Source: a virus. From it: a stretch of 64,000 bases of DNA. Below, in pieces: positions 51,604 to 62,003 of this stretch (within the stretch, counting starts at the first letter, position 1; every line of letters starts with the position of its first letter). Under the pieces are notes generated by a model, which saw nothing but the letters and a program-made list of their open reading frames with translations, had not been told where the DNA came from and did not search any database. Position numbers and translations under genes: made by a program. The stretch covers positions 32,001 through 96,000 of IMG/VR virus record IMGVR_UViG_3300035698_006717; one strand, written 5' to 3'.

Positions 51604-51854
51604 CCTACCAAGTAATCCTTTCCCATACGTTTTATGACAGCCTTTTCATATTCTGGATTTTCCTCCCACCAGTCTTTATCAAATTCCTTGCTATTCTCAT
51701 ATAACTTCTTTGACATCTTCTTAGCCATCTTTTGGCATTCTGAAAGGCGCTTCCTAACTTTTAGATCATGTCGAGTATCTGCTTGGTGCATATCATTAAC
51801 TTCTCTGAGGACTTCGCATAAAGTCCTTTTGTTGTTTGCAAATCTCATGCTCAT
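51600..51854 (-). CDS. hypothetical protein
   Basis: ATGA-coupled within the operon. Confidence 0.65.
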   Translation of the reverse strand: MSMRFANNKRTLCEVLREVNDMHQADTRHDLKVRKRLSECQKMAKKMSKKLYENSKEFDKDWWEENPEYEKAVIKRMGKDYLVG

Positions 51855-52498
51855 CTGTTCATAAACCTTTCATAAGTTTCTGAAAATGGTAGAAGACCAA
51901 ACTTAGATCCACTTTTCCATAAACAATATGCTAGACTAATCTGATCTCTGTATGTATACTTCCGTATCTCTTCCCACCACATTTCCATCAAAGAAGTCAC
52001 TCTTGCATTATTTCTTCGTAACATTATGCCAGGAGCAAATAGGCCAAATTCTTTAGGAAATCCATCTGTACCATAATGAAACAGTTGCTGACTTATTACA
52101 GAAGGGGATGCTATACCTTGGTTGATAACATAATCACCTTCACTGTAAGCACAATTCCTCCTATTGTGTTTCATTACAGCTATGTCATCAAATCCTAGAT
52201 GAATTCTTAGGAATGAATCAAGATTAGTCTTAATTGTGAATCTAGCATCAAGGAAAAGAGAGTAGTTAAACTTTGGCAAGTAATTATGCTGCAATATCTT
52301 GATCTTTCTAGATAGCTTCTGATTGGTTTGATTCTTATCTTGTATTTCAATAAGCTCCCATTTGCTATCCTTCCTTATCTTCAGATTCTTATTCCTGCTA
52401 TAGAAGCATATGTGCTTCCAATCTTTATTCTCTGCAATTGGTTCATGCAGTTCATATTCATTACCTATTATGGTAGTGTACACAATCTTATCTGCCAT
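51851..52498 (-). CDS. DUF616/TOD1-MUCI70-like glycosyltransferase
   Basis: VYTTIIGNEY, KIKILQH, H..R.C.Y.E, RDQISL. Confidence 0.75.
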   Translation of the reverse strand: MADKIVYTTIIGNEYELHEPIAENKDWKHICFYSRNKNLKIRKDSKWELIEIQDKNQTNQKLSRKIKILQHNYLPKFNYSLFLDARFTIKTNLDSFLRIHLGFDDIAVMKHNRRNCAYSEGDYVINQGIASPSVISQQLFHYGTDGFPKEFGLFAPGIMLRRNNARVTSLMEMWWEEIRKYTYRDQISLAYCLWKSGSKFGLLPFSETYERFMNR

Positions 52499-53060
52499 GC
52501 TCTAGGCTCCAAGTGTGAAGTTTTAATTTTCTGCGCTCCAGTTGAGAAATCAATATATTGTGTTGTTCTTCTTCCATCCTTATCTTCTTCCAGTGCCAAG
52601 CTACATGTAGCTCATTAATCCATTCTATAGTACCATCACCAATCATTTTATTAAGAACTCTATATTCGGCCCCTTCTATATTCAGCTTGCATACAATATG
52701 GTCAGTAGGCTTGCAGTGTTTTTTAATCCATTCGCTGAAATCAATACATTCAACTTTCATATCGTTAGTTTTATGATGATGAATTATCCTCTTGTTCTCT
52801 AACAGAGAGCTTGACTCACTATACTGATTGACTCCTGTCTTAAGAGTTTTGATACAATTAGTATCCCAAACAGCTTTTCCAATAAACTCTACCTGACCAC
52901 CATATCCTTTCTTTCTGATGTTCTTTCTCATCTTTAACATTATCTCAGAATTACACTCAAAAGCATATATCATATATTTGCAAGTATCATCACAGTTCTC
53001 AATAAAGTGAATGGTAGAGTTGCCCTTCCAAGCTCCGCAGTCTAGAAATATTTTTCTCAT
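52488..53060 (-). CDS. FkbM family methyltransferase
   Basis: FLDCGAWKG, AFE, KLNIEGAEY. Confidence 0.85.
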   Translation of the reverse strand: MRKIFLDCGAWKGNSTIHFIENCDDTCKYMIYAFECNSEIMLKMRKNIRKKGYGGQVEFIGKAVWDTNCIKTLKTGVNQYSESSSLLENKRIIHHHKTNDMKVECIDFSEWIKKHCKPTDHIVCKLNIEGAEYRVLNKMIGDGTIEWINELHVAWHWKKIRMEEEQHNILISQLERRKLKLHTWSLEHGR

Positions 53061-53063
53061 AAC

Positions 53064-53606
53064 CTACTTCCACATCAGCTGACGGTTACATTTTCTGACA
53101 ATAGTGATGCCATAGTAGAATGGCAGAGTAACTATTTCACAATCATTCTTACAAGTATTCCTTATCTCTGAAGCAGTCTCCCAACAATCATTGCAGTGAT
53201 CATCAATAAACTCTTTTGATGGAGGGTAAGTATCATGAAGAAGAATTATACCATTATCACTAACATGAGGAAAAGCGTTAGCAAAGTCTAATAGGGAGGC
53301 ATCCTTCTTATGCTGGGCATCTATAAATACCAAATCAAATTTCAAGTCATTAGGTATCTCCATAAAGAACTGGTTAGTACTTCTACCATAATATATGCCA
53401 TTAGTAGCTCTCATATATTTTTTGTTCACAGCTTTTATTTCTACCGCATATGCTGTCTTTGCAAAAGGGGCTACTACGTTGAAACAATTACAAGCCCTTA
53501 CTCCTAATTCAAGATAGTTCTCTAATGCGCCTGCTTCCATCAGTCCTTCTGCAATAGTCTTAACTACCCTAATGTGACTATTCTTATCAAATGGCATCTT
53601 CATCAT
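53064..53606 (-). CDS. class I SAM methyltransferase (Methyltransf_24-like)
   Basis: YLELGV, FDLVFIDAQH, GIILLHD. Confidence 0.85.
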   Translation of the reverse strand: MMKMPFDKNSHIRVVKTIAEGLMEAGALENYLELGVRACNCFNVVAPFAKTAYAVEIKAVNKKYMRATNGIYYGRSTNQFFMEIPNDLKFDLVFIDAQHKKDASLLDFANAFPHVSDNGIILLHDTYPPSKEFIDDHCNDCWETASEIRNTCKNDCEIVTLPFYYGITIVRKCNRQLMWK

Positions 53607-54276
53607 AACTCCTATGTAAAAAGTTTAGCAACCTATTATTGTAAATTGCGCATAGATCAAATCCTTCTTTTGCTGTTATTTCATTTCTTTTAGATAATGA
53701 ATTAGCAACTTCCATAGGATTCCTAAAACAACATATGTAGTGAGGTCTAGTAAGGTATGGGTGAAACAGCTCTATAGTAAGAGTAGTCCTTGGGTCTTTC
53801 CATCCCCACAGCTTCCTATAATTACAGCTATGCACAAGATCTTTTATGCTACTATGAAAAGTTTCAGCTTGGTCTAGTATTGAATCTGAACTAGGAGGGT
53901 TTGACCAACTACCTCCTGCAGCAGATAGTATTGCATTATTTAATTTGACAAATTCTCTATCTTCATAGTGTCCAAATTTATTGTCTTCTTTAGGGGCAGA
54001 TTTTACATCATCTCCCATATGTACAGTATATTCATCTAAACTTCTTGAGATTAGAGATGTTGCTGATCTATGCATACCTAGTACTACAAAAGTTTTATAT
54101 ACAGAATTTTCCTTATCTATAGAGTGGAAATCTTCTGCCATCTTCTGGCGTACTGTATTACCAGCCTTGCTATTTCTCGTCTCTTTCCTATTGAGGTATA
54201 ATGCTTCTTCCCTTAACCTTTTTCTTTCTGATTCAATCTCTTTCTGCTTCTTTTGATTTGTGCTAATAGGCCTCAT
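53587..54276 (-). CDS. sulfotransferase family protein
   Basis: VLGMHRSATS, WGWKDPRT, RNPMEVANSL. Confidence 0.85.
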   Translation of the reverse strand: MRPISTNQKKQKEIESERKRLREEALYLNRKETRNSKAGNTVRQKMAEDFHSIDKENSVYKTFVVLGMHRSATSLISRSLDEYTVHMGDDVKSAPKEDNKFGHYEDREFVKLNNAILSAAGGSWSNPPSSDSILDQAETFHSSIKDLVHSCNYRKLWGWKDPRTTLTIELFHPYLTRPHYICCFRNPMEVANSLSKRNEITAKEGFDLCAIYNNRLLNFLHRSYDEDAI

Positions 54277-55089
54277 AATGTTATACCATATTCTTGTTGA
54301 GTATATAGATCAATCCTATTCTTCCAAGCCCTACCGTAAAACCCACTTAGAGGATGCGCCCTACTAGCTTGCTTATGAGTTCCAAATATCTTTCCTTCAT
54401 AGTGCCACTCGCACATATGCTCTGGCTTCTTGACACATTGGAATCGTTGTTCATCATTTGCCCAAGGTAATTGCCTTCTATTACTACGAGACAGCACGCA
54501 CTCCATATATCTACCGTCACCCTTGAGGGCTACTGGCAGTACTCCATCCAGTATCACACTTGACTCTAGCGCCCAAGTGAGAATTCCTGTAACCTGCTTC
54601 AAGTTTATTTCTGATATGGTACTTTTTAACGCTCTCTCTCTTAGGGTGCACGTTAGGTGTGAAGTCAAGTTGTACATTCTCAAGCAATTCTTTTTTAAAG
54701 CAGAACATAAATATAGATGGAAATTTCTCTCTGGGCCTATTGAATCCATAACAAGCAACACCTTTATCTAGTTCCTTTATTATAATGTCATCCCATCCTT
54801 TTTGCAGAAGGCAGATATCTGCATCAATTAGTATAACATATTCCGCTGTAACTTTTGTTAAAGCATAGTTGACAGCTATAGCGTGATTGTAAGAAGAACA
54901 AATATGCTTTTGAGGTATTCTACCTAACACTTCCCAATACTTAGGTAATTCATTAGTATCACCTGACACTACGCACTTTAAGCGTATATGGTTATTACCA
55001 CTTTGGAATTTAACAATTGACTTATGCAGAAGTTCAACATACTCTCTAGATCCATCTGCAACAAATGTTACAACATCAATAGTTTTCAT
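54273..55089 (-). pseudogene. GT-A glycosyltransferase-like gene split by a single-base frameshift near 54541
   Basis: HAIAVN and IDAD in the 5' frame; removing one base joins KCDTGW to RLPVALKGDG in the 3' frame. Confidence 0.65.
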
Positions 55090-56480
55090 TAGTAGCTCGG
55101 CTGATCAAATAATGGTTTCTTTTGCCAAGTTACAAATCCTTGCTTCTTTTCTGGACGGTATAGATCAGTATTCTCCATCCATTCCCTACCAATATCTACA
55201 ACAATTATCTCTTTTCCACTTGTAGGATACGCTTGTACTCTTTTGTAAGGATTCTTCCTATGCTTCCTAAATGGAATATCAGTTAGTCCAAACTTGTCTC
55301 CCTTAGTATGTATCTGATTCTCTGGATTAGTGCGCGGATTAAAATTACCTGCAAAAGCCTTGTAGAATTTCTTGGTTAAAATTGCTGGAGAAGTGACGCA
55401 AGCAGGATATTTATAACTATAGGCCCGTAGTACTACTTGGTATAGGGTTGGTACCAATTTGAACATGCTGAGAACCTCTTGTATGTGCACTACCCTATCT
55501 AGTACCCAATCGTCCTCTAGATTAAGGATATACTCATTTGAGGCTTGAGACCAGCACCAGTTAAAAGCCTCAGAATAACTTGCCTTCTTAGGAAAGTTTG
55601 CCACTACATTACCAACATACTTCTTACACACTTCTGAAACTCTCTTTGCCTTACCTTTTGGTATTGGATCAACATTTATGAATAGTGTAGAGTTCTTCCA
55701 ATCTACCCCTAACATATTCTTTGCAAATGAGGCAAAAGTTCTTTCTACAATCTCTGGTCTTATTGTAGCAGTAGTGGTAATCTGAATAGGGATGTCAGGA
55801 GTATCCTTGTACTTCTCTTGTAGTTCTACTATATCCAACAATCTTAATTTCGGAGCAACAAAGTCTGGTTCAATAGCAGTCTTTGATACTACAGACCGTT
55901 TCCTAAAGAATGCTAGTTTGTCATGACAGAAAAGACTTACCCTTTTGGTATTATGTTCAACATACTTATCTGGATACTTACCAGTATTGACAAACTCTTG
56001 TATGAGTTTAACTGTTTTGACATAACCAGAATTGCACTTGTAGTTCAAATCTTCTATGACATAGAATCCGCCAGTGTTAATACGAGGATATAACCAATTC
56101 ATAGTATACTGCTGGTCTTCTGGCCTATGAGAACCATCATCTATAATGATATCAAACATAGGGCAGTCTTCAAGTATTTTATTCAGAACTTCCTCGTCAG
56201 CTTGTTTTCCTTCATACAAGTGGAACCTATCAGTATCTATGCCCAACTCTTTCATAGTAAGTGGTAGCATATCTAATCCGTAAACTTGAGAATTAGGAAA
56301 GTAGTCTAGCCACATCTTAATAGATGCTCCCTTATCCACTCCTATCTCAAGTATATTGATTTGATCAAGTCTCACATCAGAGAACATGGAATCATAGCTC
56401 TTAGTATAGTAATGCTTCATCGGCCCCTTATCAGTACCGTGGGATTTTGCTAATTTAGTCAGAGATAACATTAGTTCCAT
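55089..56480 (-). CDS. fusion of an N-terminal sugar O-methyltransferase-like domain and a C-terminal GT2-like domain
   Basis: GTDKG, LEIGV, IIDDGSH, YVIED; then TATIRP, NVDP, LEDDW. Confidence 0.8.
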   Translation of the reverse strand: MELMLSLTKLAKSHGTDKGPMKHYYTKSYDSMFSDVRLDQINILEIGVDKGASIKMWLDYFPNSQVYGLDMLPLTMKELGIDTDRFHLYEGKQADEEVLNKILEDCPMFDIIIDDGSHRPEDQQYTMNWLYPRINTGGFYVIEDLNYKCNSGYVKTVKLIQEFVNTGKYPDKYVEHNTKRVSLFCHDKLAFFRKRSVVSKTAIEPDFVAPKLRLLDIVELQEKYKDTPDIPIQITTTATIRPEIVERTFASFAKNMLGVDWKNSTLFINVDPIPKGKAKRVSEVCKKYVGNVVANFPKKASYSEAFNWCWSQASNEYILNLEDDWVLDRVVHIQEVLSMFKLVPTLYQVVLRAYSYKYPACVTSPAILTKKFYKAFAGNFNPRTNPENQIHTKGDKFGLTDIPFRKHRKNPYKRVQAYPTSGKEIIVVDIGREWMENTDLYRPEKKQGFVTWQKKPLFDQPSY

Positions 56481-57118
56481 TCTCCTGTGAATGATAGATA
56501 ATTCCCATTCCTATGCAAATCAATATTACCTAGAGTTTTGCTATATTCTTCCCAAGTTATAGGTTGGCCACCAGTTTTGAAGCAAACCATAGATTCATTA
56601 ATTGTTCCATATTCTTTTATAATGCCAAGCAACTGAGATAGGTTGAATTCTGAAGAATAGTAATTTTTGTTTTTGTGAAATTTTGACTTAAGAGTACCGC
56701 TTTTCATCCTCCATTTAAATAATGTAAAATAGAATGACTTTGATACTCTTGACATTTCTTTAATTGTTTTGGCTATATCAGGAGAATGTTCCAATATGCA
56801 AGATCCATATATCAAATCAAAATTCTTATCACCTACCTTCAAATCAGCCATATCAATACAAATATTAGGGAATCGTTTATTATCTGCGTGATTTAAAAAT
56901 GTTGAAGATACATCTCCTATTACATAGTGTATCTGAGGGCAAGCCTCTCTAATAGCTTGCGCTTCTATTGCTTCTCCTGCACCTATCTCTAGTATGCTTT
57001 CTGGCTTAGTGGCACATACATAATCAGCAAACAGCTTTCTGTGAGAGTGATCCCTAATGGAGTTGATCCAAGGTATCTTACCAATAACATAATTGTCCCA
57101 CTTACTTTTGTAATCCAT
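56471..57118 (-). CDS. class I SAM methyltransferase
   Basis: ILEIGAG, FDLIY...LEH. Confidence 0.8.
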   Translation of the reverse strand: MDYKSKWDNYVIGKIPWINSIRDHSHRKLFADYVCATKPESILEIGAGEAIEAQAIREACPQIHYVIGDVSSTFLNHADNKRFPNICIDMADLKVGDKNFDLIYGSCILEHSPDIAKTIKEMSRVSKSFYFTLFKWRMKSGTLKSKFHKNKNYYSSEFNLSQLLGIIKEYGTINESMVCFKTGGQPITWEEYSKTLGNIDLHRNGNYLSFTGEWN

Positions 57119-57927
57119 TATGCCCCCAATAGATTTTCTTTTTTACCAGATATTTTAGTTCTACCTGATTGTTTAAGATGTTTTATGTACACGCCTTTGC
57201 TAGTCTTTTTACCAAGTGCATCCTCAAGCCTATTATACTTTTCAGCTTCAAATAGACCTATCATGCAATCTCTAAATGTAAATGATAGAAAATCCTTGAC
57301 TCTTATATTTGGAGATCTTTTCAGCCTATTAGATATTATTGCAGATAAAAATACTTGGTCAGTCCAACATCTTAGATTAGTACGGAAGTGCCTTTTGTGC
57401 TCAGGACGCTTTGGATCTTCTAGAGTTTTGAATATCTCATCATATTCTGGCAGAGTTGGATCACCACCAGCTCTTATAACATCGCAAGCATAAGCCAATA
57501 TTTCAAAAGAAGTAGTGGTATTTTTGGCAAATATAACTCCACCATTAGCATAAGCTCTAGGGCACTTAATACCAATCATATCATTACGGGTAGTAATACC
57601 TAATGCAAATGGCCATCTAGATACTGCGCTGCACCAATCCTTTACAAAACAAGTATCTGCATCAACAAAAGTAATTACACCATCTGGATTTTTGAAATCT
57701 ATTTGATCCTGTAGGAATACAAATTTAAGGCTTTGCATTTCAGTGTCAAATCGTTCTTGACGAATTTTCACATACTTTATATTATGCTTCTCTAGTATAT
57801 GGATTTGCTTATCAGTTAGATCAGGCCCATACATAAAGAAATCTGCTTTGACCTTATGCCTTGTTGAGATAAAAAATTTAGCATACCTGAAGTATTCTGA
57901 ATTACAAATTGTAATAACCTTGTGCAT
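57118..57927 (-). CDS. GT-A nucleotide-diphospho-sugar transferase-like protein
   Basis: FVDADT, NGGVIF, WTDQ; start set at MHKVITI (TAATG overlap). Confidence 0.65.
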   Translation of the reverse strand: MHKVITICNSEYFRYAKFFISTRHKVKADFFMYGPDLTDKQIHILEKHNIKYVKIRQERFDTEMQSLKFVFLQDQIDFKNPDGVITFVDADTCFVKDWCSAVSRWPFALGITTRNDMIGIKCPRAYANGGVIFAKNTTTSFEILAYACDVIRAGGDPTLPEYDEIFKTLEDPKRPEHKRHFRTNLRCWTDQVFLSAIISNRLKRSPNIRVKDFLSFTFRDCMIGLFEAEKYNRLEDALGKKTSKGVYIKHLKQSGRTKISGKKENLLGA

Positions 57928-58856
57928 TATCTCACCCCTAGGTGGTTCTTTATATTGTCCCATGATATCTGTAGAGTATAGCTGTTTAAGGCAAAATCCC
58001 GACAATCTTGTAATTTTATAGGAGACCAATTTTTTAGAGCATATTCTGCTTTAGTTGCCAATTGCTTTTTCTTGCAAAGGAAAGTATTGACTCCTTCGCA
58101 TACATACACATCGTTAATAGGAGCGCTGATATTATATATGACAGGAACTCCAGACATAGTAAATTCTAAAAATGTCTGAGGGAATCCTTCTGCTGGGTGC
58201 TCTGTGAATAGGATACCCACCTTGCCAATAGATATACTATGTGATACTGCATCCATATTTGCAAATGGAGTATATTCTATATAATGGTGAGTATCGCCTA
58301 CTCTATCTTTGTGTTTGGCCCCTCCTATCCAAAGTATGCGTCGCGGTTCCATTACTTGCTTGGTAAGTTCCTTGATAAAATGAACTTCATTTTTATCCCC
58401 TCTTTTCCCACAAAGGATGTAATCATATTCATGACCTTGAGATGGGAACCAATAGTCAGGATTCTTACCTTTGATATGTAATTTAGCATTTCCCTTTATT
58501 CTTTCAGGAGTATCTACTAAAGAAACATGAGCATGCTTATTATACATATTACGGTTGCAACAAGAATAATAGACTTTCTTGTTAGGTATTCTATCAAGAA
58601 TCATATCTTTCTTAGGATCGTGCTTAACAGACCATACTATTGCCTCAGGGTGGCTCTTACAAAATTCTACTACATCATGCAAATTAGTAATGCTATATTC
58701 CCAAGGCTTGCGAACTGTCTGTTCACTTAAGTATATCACGCAGCCATACTTCTTTGCATACTCTCTGTATCCACAAGTACACTTACCATCTATCATCATC
58801 TGTTGCTTAGCATTGTGGCCTTTAGATAGACCGCCATAAAGCATTATCAGCTCCAT
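57927..58856 (-). CDS. GT-B (GT4-like) glycosyltransferase
   Basis: EGFPQTFLEFTMSGVPVI. Confidence 0.72.
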   Translation of the reverse strand: MELIMLYGGLSKGHNAKQQMMIDGKCTCGYREYAKKYGCVIYLSEQTVRKPWEYSITNLHDVVEFCKSHPEAIVWSVKHDPKKDMILDRIPNKKVYYSCCNRNMYNKHAHVSLVDTPERIKGNAKLHIKGKNPDYWFPSQGHEYDYILCGKRGDKNEVHFIKELTKQVMEPRRILWIGGAKHKDRVGDTHHYIEYTPFANMDAVSHSISIGKVGILFTEHPAEGFPQTFLEFTMSGVPVIYNISAPINDVYVCEGVNTFLCKKKQLATKAEYALKNWSPIKLQDCRDFALNSYTLQISWDNIKNHLGVR

Positions 58857-59506
58857 GTAATACTCCTATCCTTATTTTTGTTCCACTTCTGTAGACCTCT
58901 TTCTGCTCTCCAAGATCTACCATTATCCTTACAGTATGGCCCACCACGCCAATCTGATCTTTCGTTAGCAGAAGGTAATAAGCTATCAATCATCTTGCTA
59001 ACAGATCCTACTCTAAGCTGCTTCTCTGGATCTTTATCATCCACCATAGATTCAGATAACTGTCTTACTAGATCACCTTTCCAAAGAGAAGGTTGGCAAG
59101 CTACTTTATCCAATCTTGCAGCGCCTTCTTTAGGGAACCGTATGTATCTTATACCGTGGCTGATAGATGCCAATATGCTATCTAATTTTATCTCTTTAGT
59201 GAATAACCAATCATCCTCTAAGTGGAATACCCAATCTGATTCTGAATTTTGCCAAACACTCCTAACAGCTTTGGCAAAATTTGGATTATCATTTGTACTT
59301 AATTTCCTTACTGGGAAATAGTGCCAAGCTACCTTGAGACATTCGTGAGCTAGATCAGTAGCCTTCCTTAATGACATCCTAGGTGCAAAATCTGTATTCA
59401 GTATAATCTGAAATCCTTCTTTACTACTAACATTTTTCTTGAAGCTATCTAAAGTCTGATTTAGAAGATCAGGACGCAAGGTAGCAACTAAACATATATC
59501 AATCAT
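58847..59506 (-). CDS. GT2-like glycosyltransferase, paralog of the C-terminal domain of 55089-56480
   Basis: VATLRP, FHLEDDW, PEKQ, GRSW. Confidence 0.75.
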   Translation of the reverse strand: MIDICLVATLRPDLLNQTLDSFKKNVSSKEGFQIILNTDFAPRMSLRKATDLAHECLKVAWHYFPVRKLSTNDNPNFAKAVRSVWQNSESDWVFHLEDDWLFTKEIKLDSILASISHGIRYIRFPKEGAARLDKVACQPSLWKGDLVRQLSESMVDDKDPEKQLRVGSVSKMIDSLLPSANERSDWRGGPYCKDNGRSWRAERGLQKWNKNKDRSITWS

Positions 59507-60450
59507 TACATCTCCAAAATTTTGATTAGCTGTTTCATATTCTTTTCTCTGCTACCTATCTTTCTGCGTAATACATTATTTAGGTTCTCTACCTTATCAT
59601 CTTGGAAGTCAATACCTTTAATAATCTTTGCAGCTCTTGATATATTATGATCATCATAAATATAGGCTGTATCACTATCTGCATAATCCTTCATCCCATT
59701 ACGCGGGTGATCTCCGCAAACAATTCTAGCTCCACATAGAGATGCTTCCATAGGAACATTATGTAAGCCTTCTAGTTCTGTTGGCGCAAACCATATATCA
59801 CAAGATGAATAAAGATTGCAAAGCTCCTCTCTAGAAGGATTAGATACAAAATCGCTTACCCATATTGGCAAGTTCTTTGGCCTCTTTGTACCAAATGACA
59901 CATACTTATACTCTGGCCCTAATAAATTGTGTAATACTTTGAAGCTCTCCCATCCTTTACTTGCAAGTTTACTCCATAGACAACCAATTGTTATTCTTTC
60001 ACTATCTCTATTGCTGAGGTCTTCCCACCATTTGAAGTCTATGCCTTGATGGACTAAATGACATTTACCGCCGCAGATATCTTCTATGAATTCTTTTATC
60101 CAAATAGAATTTGTAATCTTAATGGGAGTACTACTCTTGTAATATTTCATTATCTTATCTTCATCAAATCCTGGCACCCAAATCTCATGACCTCTTATGT
60201 ACCAGAATTTCTTACCTATGCCTGATCTGACTGTAGGCTTAACAGATCTTATATCTGTAGCTATTACTACATCAACATCATTCGGCATTTTACGCTTTGG
60301 TTTATCGTGAGGAAACCAATTGAATTTATCATTATTTGTTACTAGGCTACAATCGTGGCCTAATTTCTTTATAGTCTGCTGACATCTTATTAATGTTCTA
60401 CTTCCACCGTTATTGCCAAGACCACCGCTGCAGTTGAATGCGATCTTCAT
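59506..60450 (-). CDS. GT4 glycosyltransferase
   Basis: NGGSR, KGW, YSSCDIW, EGLHNVPMEASLCG. Confidence 0.85.
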   Translation of the reverse strand: MKIAFNCSGGLGNNGGSRTLIRCQQTIKKLGHDCSLVTNNDKFNWFPHDKPKRKMPNDVDVVIATDIRSVKPTVRSGIGKKFWYIRGHEIWVPGFDEDKIMKYYKSSTPIKITNSIWIKEFIEDICGGKCHLVHQGIDFKWWEDLSNRDSERITIGCLWSKLASKGWESFKVLHNLLGPEYKYVSFGTKRPKNLPIWVSDFVSNPSREELCNLYSSCDIWFAPTELEGLHNVPMEASLCGARIVCGDHPRNGMKDYADSDTAYIYDDHNISRAAKIIKGIDFQDDKVENLNNVLRRKIGSREKNMKQLIKILEM

Positions 60451-60452
60451 GT

Positions 60453-60767
60453 CTAATCACTTTCTAAGTATTTCTCATGATTAGCATCATAGCAACTCTT
60501 GCAAATATTTTTCTCTTCCATATTCTTTCTAATACCGCATTGGACGCAAATCCCTTGAAGCTCTCTTTTTCTTTTCAGATACATTAAGCTCAAATAGGAG
60601 TTGTTATATCTTTCAAAGCGGTCTTTTCTATCAAGTTGCCTGAATTTTGACCAATCAATAGATACTTTGGTTACTTCTGATCTTTCGCACAATGCGTCAA
60701 AGAATCTCTTCACTTTAGGATTAGTCCAAAATCCTGTCTTGTGTCTCTTTTTTTCTGGTACTGACAT
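60453..60767 (-). CDS. hypothetical protein with C-terminal Zn finger
   Basis: CVQCG...CKSC. Confidence 0.6.
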   Translation of the reverse strand: MSVPEKKRHKTGFWTNPKVKRFFDALCERSEVTKVSIDWSKFRQLDRKDRFERYNNSYLSLMYLKRKRELQGICVQCGIRKNMEEKNICKSCYDANHEKYLESD

Positions 60768-60824
60768 ATATCTTCCTTCGTTTAATAAATATAGTATTTG
60801 TCAACTACTTAGAATAGCAATACA

Positions 60825-61748
60825 TTAGAAAAGTTTTAACAGCTGAGAGTTGACTAGAGATGGTATTTGATACCCATGACACAACTTCCTCCATTTTGCT
60901 GGGTCTGGTTTATCTATTTGTTCTGAAATATACGGCAAATCTTCTCTTAATTTTACAACAGTACTGTTAAGTTTGATCAGATCTATGTTACTTTTTAACT
61001 GCTTGAATTCTTTTGAATCTTCTCCGCAATCTTCTCTTATACAGTTAATGTAGTTTGCTATAGTTCCGTCACATCGCAGATATGATCCAATAGTCTTCTT
61101 GAAAGGAAATCTGTATACAGATTTCACAGTATCTCCAGAATCTCCTCTAATTATTTTATGTAGTAGGATATGTTTCCAACTACCACCATCAAACTTATCA
61201 GATACTGTTTCTTCAGTAGGCGATTCTCCATTATTTATAATAACTGTAAGGTTAGGAAATCTAGGTATTAATTGCCACATATCTTTATCGTTAGAGAATA
61301 AGTAAATTGTATCACCAGAATGTCTTGCAATATAAGAGGCTAGTACATCATCAGCCTCTTCGTTTTCGCAGTAAATCTTTTCATGAGGAATACAGTCTAC
61401 AAATTGTCTACAAATATCAATAGGGTTGTAATCAATATCTTTTTTAGGTCTGTCTTTATATATGATTGTCTTTGGAGCGTAATCCTTAAACACTCTCTGG
61501 TATTTTTCATACAATTTCTTTTTTCTGGTAGGATACCTATCTTCACAGATTACAAGATTAGGGAGAGAGTGATCTTGTTTAACTCTTGTGTGAGAGAAGT
61601 TTAGAATTTTGATAAGCCCTATAACAACTCCTGTGTTGACTCCATCATCATTAATTAGATTTTCTTTCTCAGTAGCATGGTAATTACGCCACACTATGTT
61701 ATTGAAGTCAATTAGGACGGTACACTTTTTAACATTTTTAAATCCCAT
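60825..61748 (-). CDS. 5'-3' exonuclease / flap endonuclease (T4 RNase H-like)
   Basis: LIDFNN, YK, EADDVL, SNDKDMWQL, GDSGD. Confidence 0.88.
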   Translation of the reverse strand: MGFKNVKKCTVLIDFNNIVWRNYHATEKENLINDDGVNTGVVIGLIKILNFSHTRVKQDHSLPNLVICEDRYPTRKKKLYEKYQRVFKDYAPKTIIYKDRPKKDIDYNPIDICRQFVDCIPHEKIYCENEEADDVLASYIARHSGDTIYLFSNDKDMWQLIPRFPNLTVIINNGESPTEETVSDKFDGGSWKHILLHKIIRGDSGDTVKSVYRFPFKKTIGSYLRCDGTIANYINCIREDCGEDSKEFKQLKSNIDLIKLNSTVVKLREDLPYISEQIDKPDPAKWRKLCHGYQIPSLVNSQLLKLF

Positions 61749-62003
61749 AGTAATCCCCTTTCGTAACTTAAAGATAATAAAAAAAGTCTTTGTTACCTAG
61801 GTTTTTTAACGGTTGTATTTAATAACTATCATGAAGTATTTTTCTAGGGAGAGTGTTTTATATATATTAAGGTCACGCTTCCGAAAAACTCGTAAGAAAA
61901 CCCTATAGGGGGTGTTTTGTCTATTATATAGTTTTTAGGGGGTAATAGGAAAGATTATAAGAAACATAATCTAAATAAAATTGGGGATTACTAAGGGGAA
62001 ATT

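Noticed and set aside
43866-60450. Bacterial chromosomal LPS/capsule locus, i.e. a prophage boundary
   Set aside because: Composition and gene packing match the phage, it is flanked by phage exonuclease/terL and a holin-like gene, and no wzx/wzy/ABC exporter or integrase is visible
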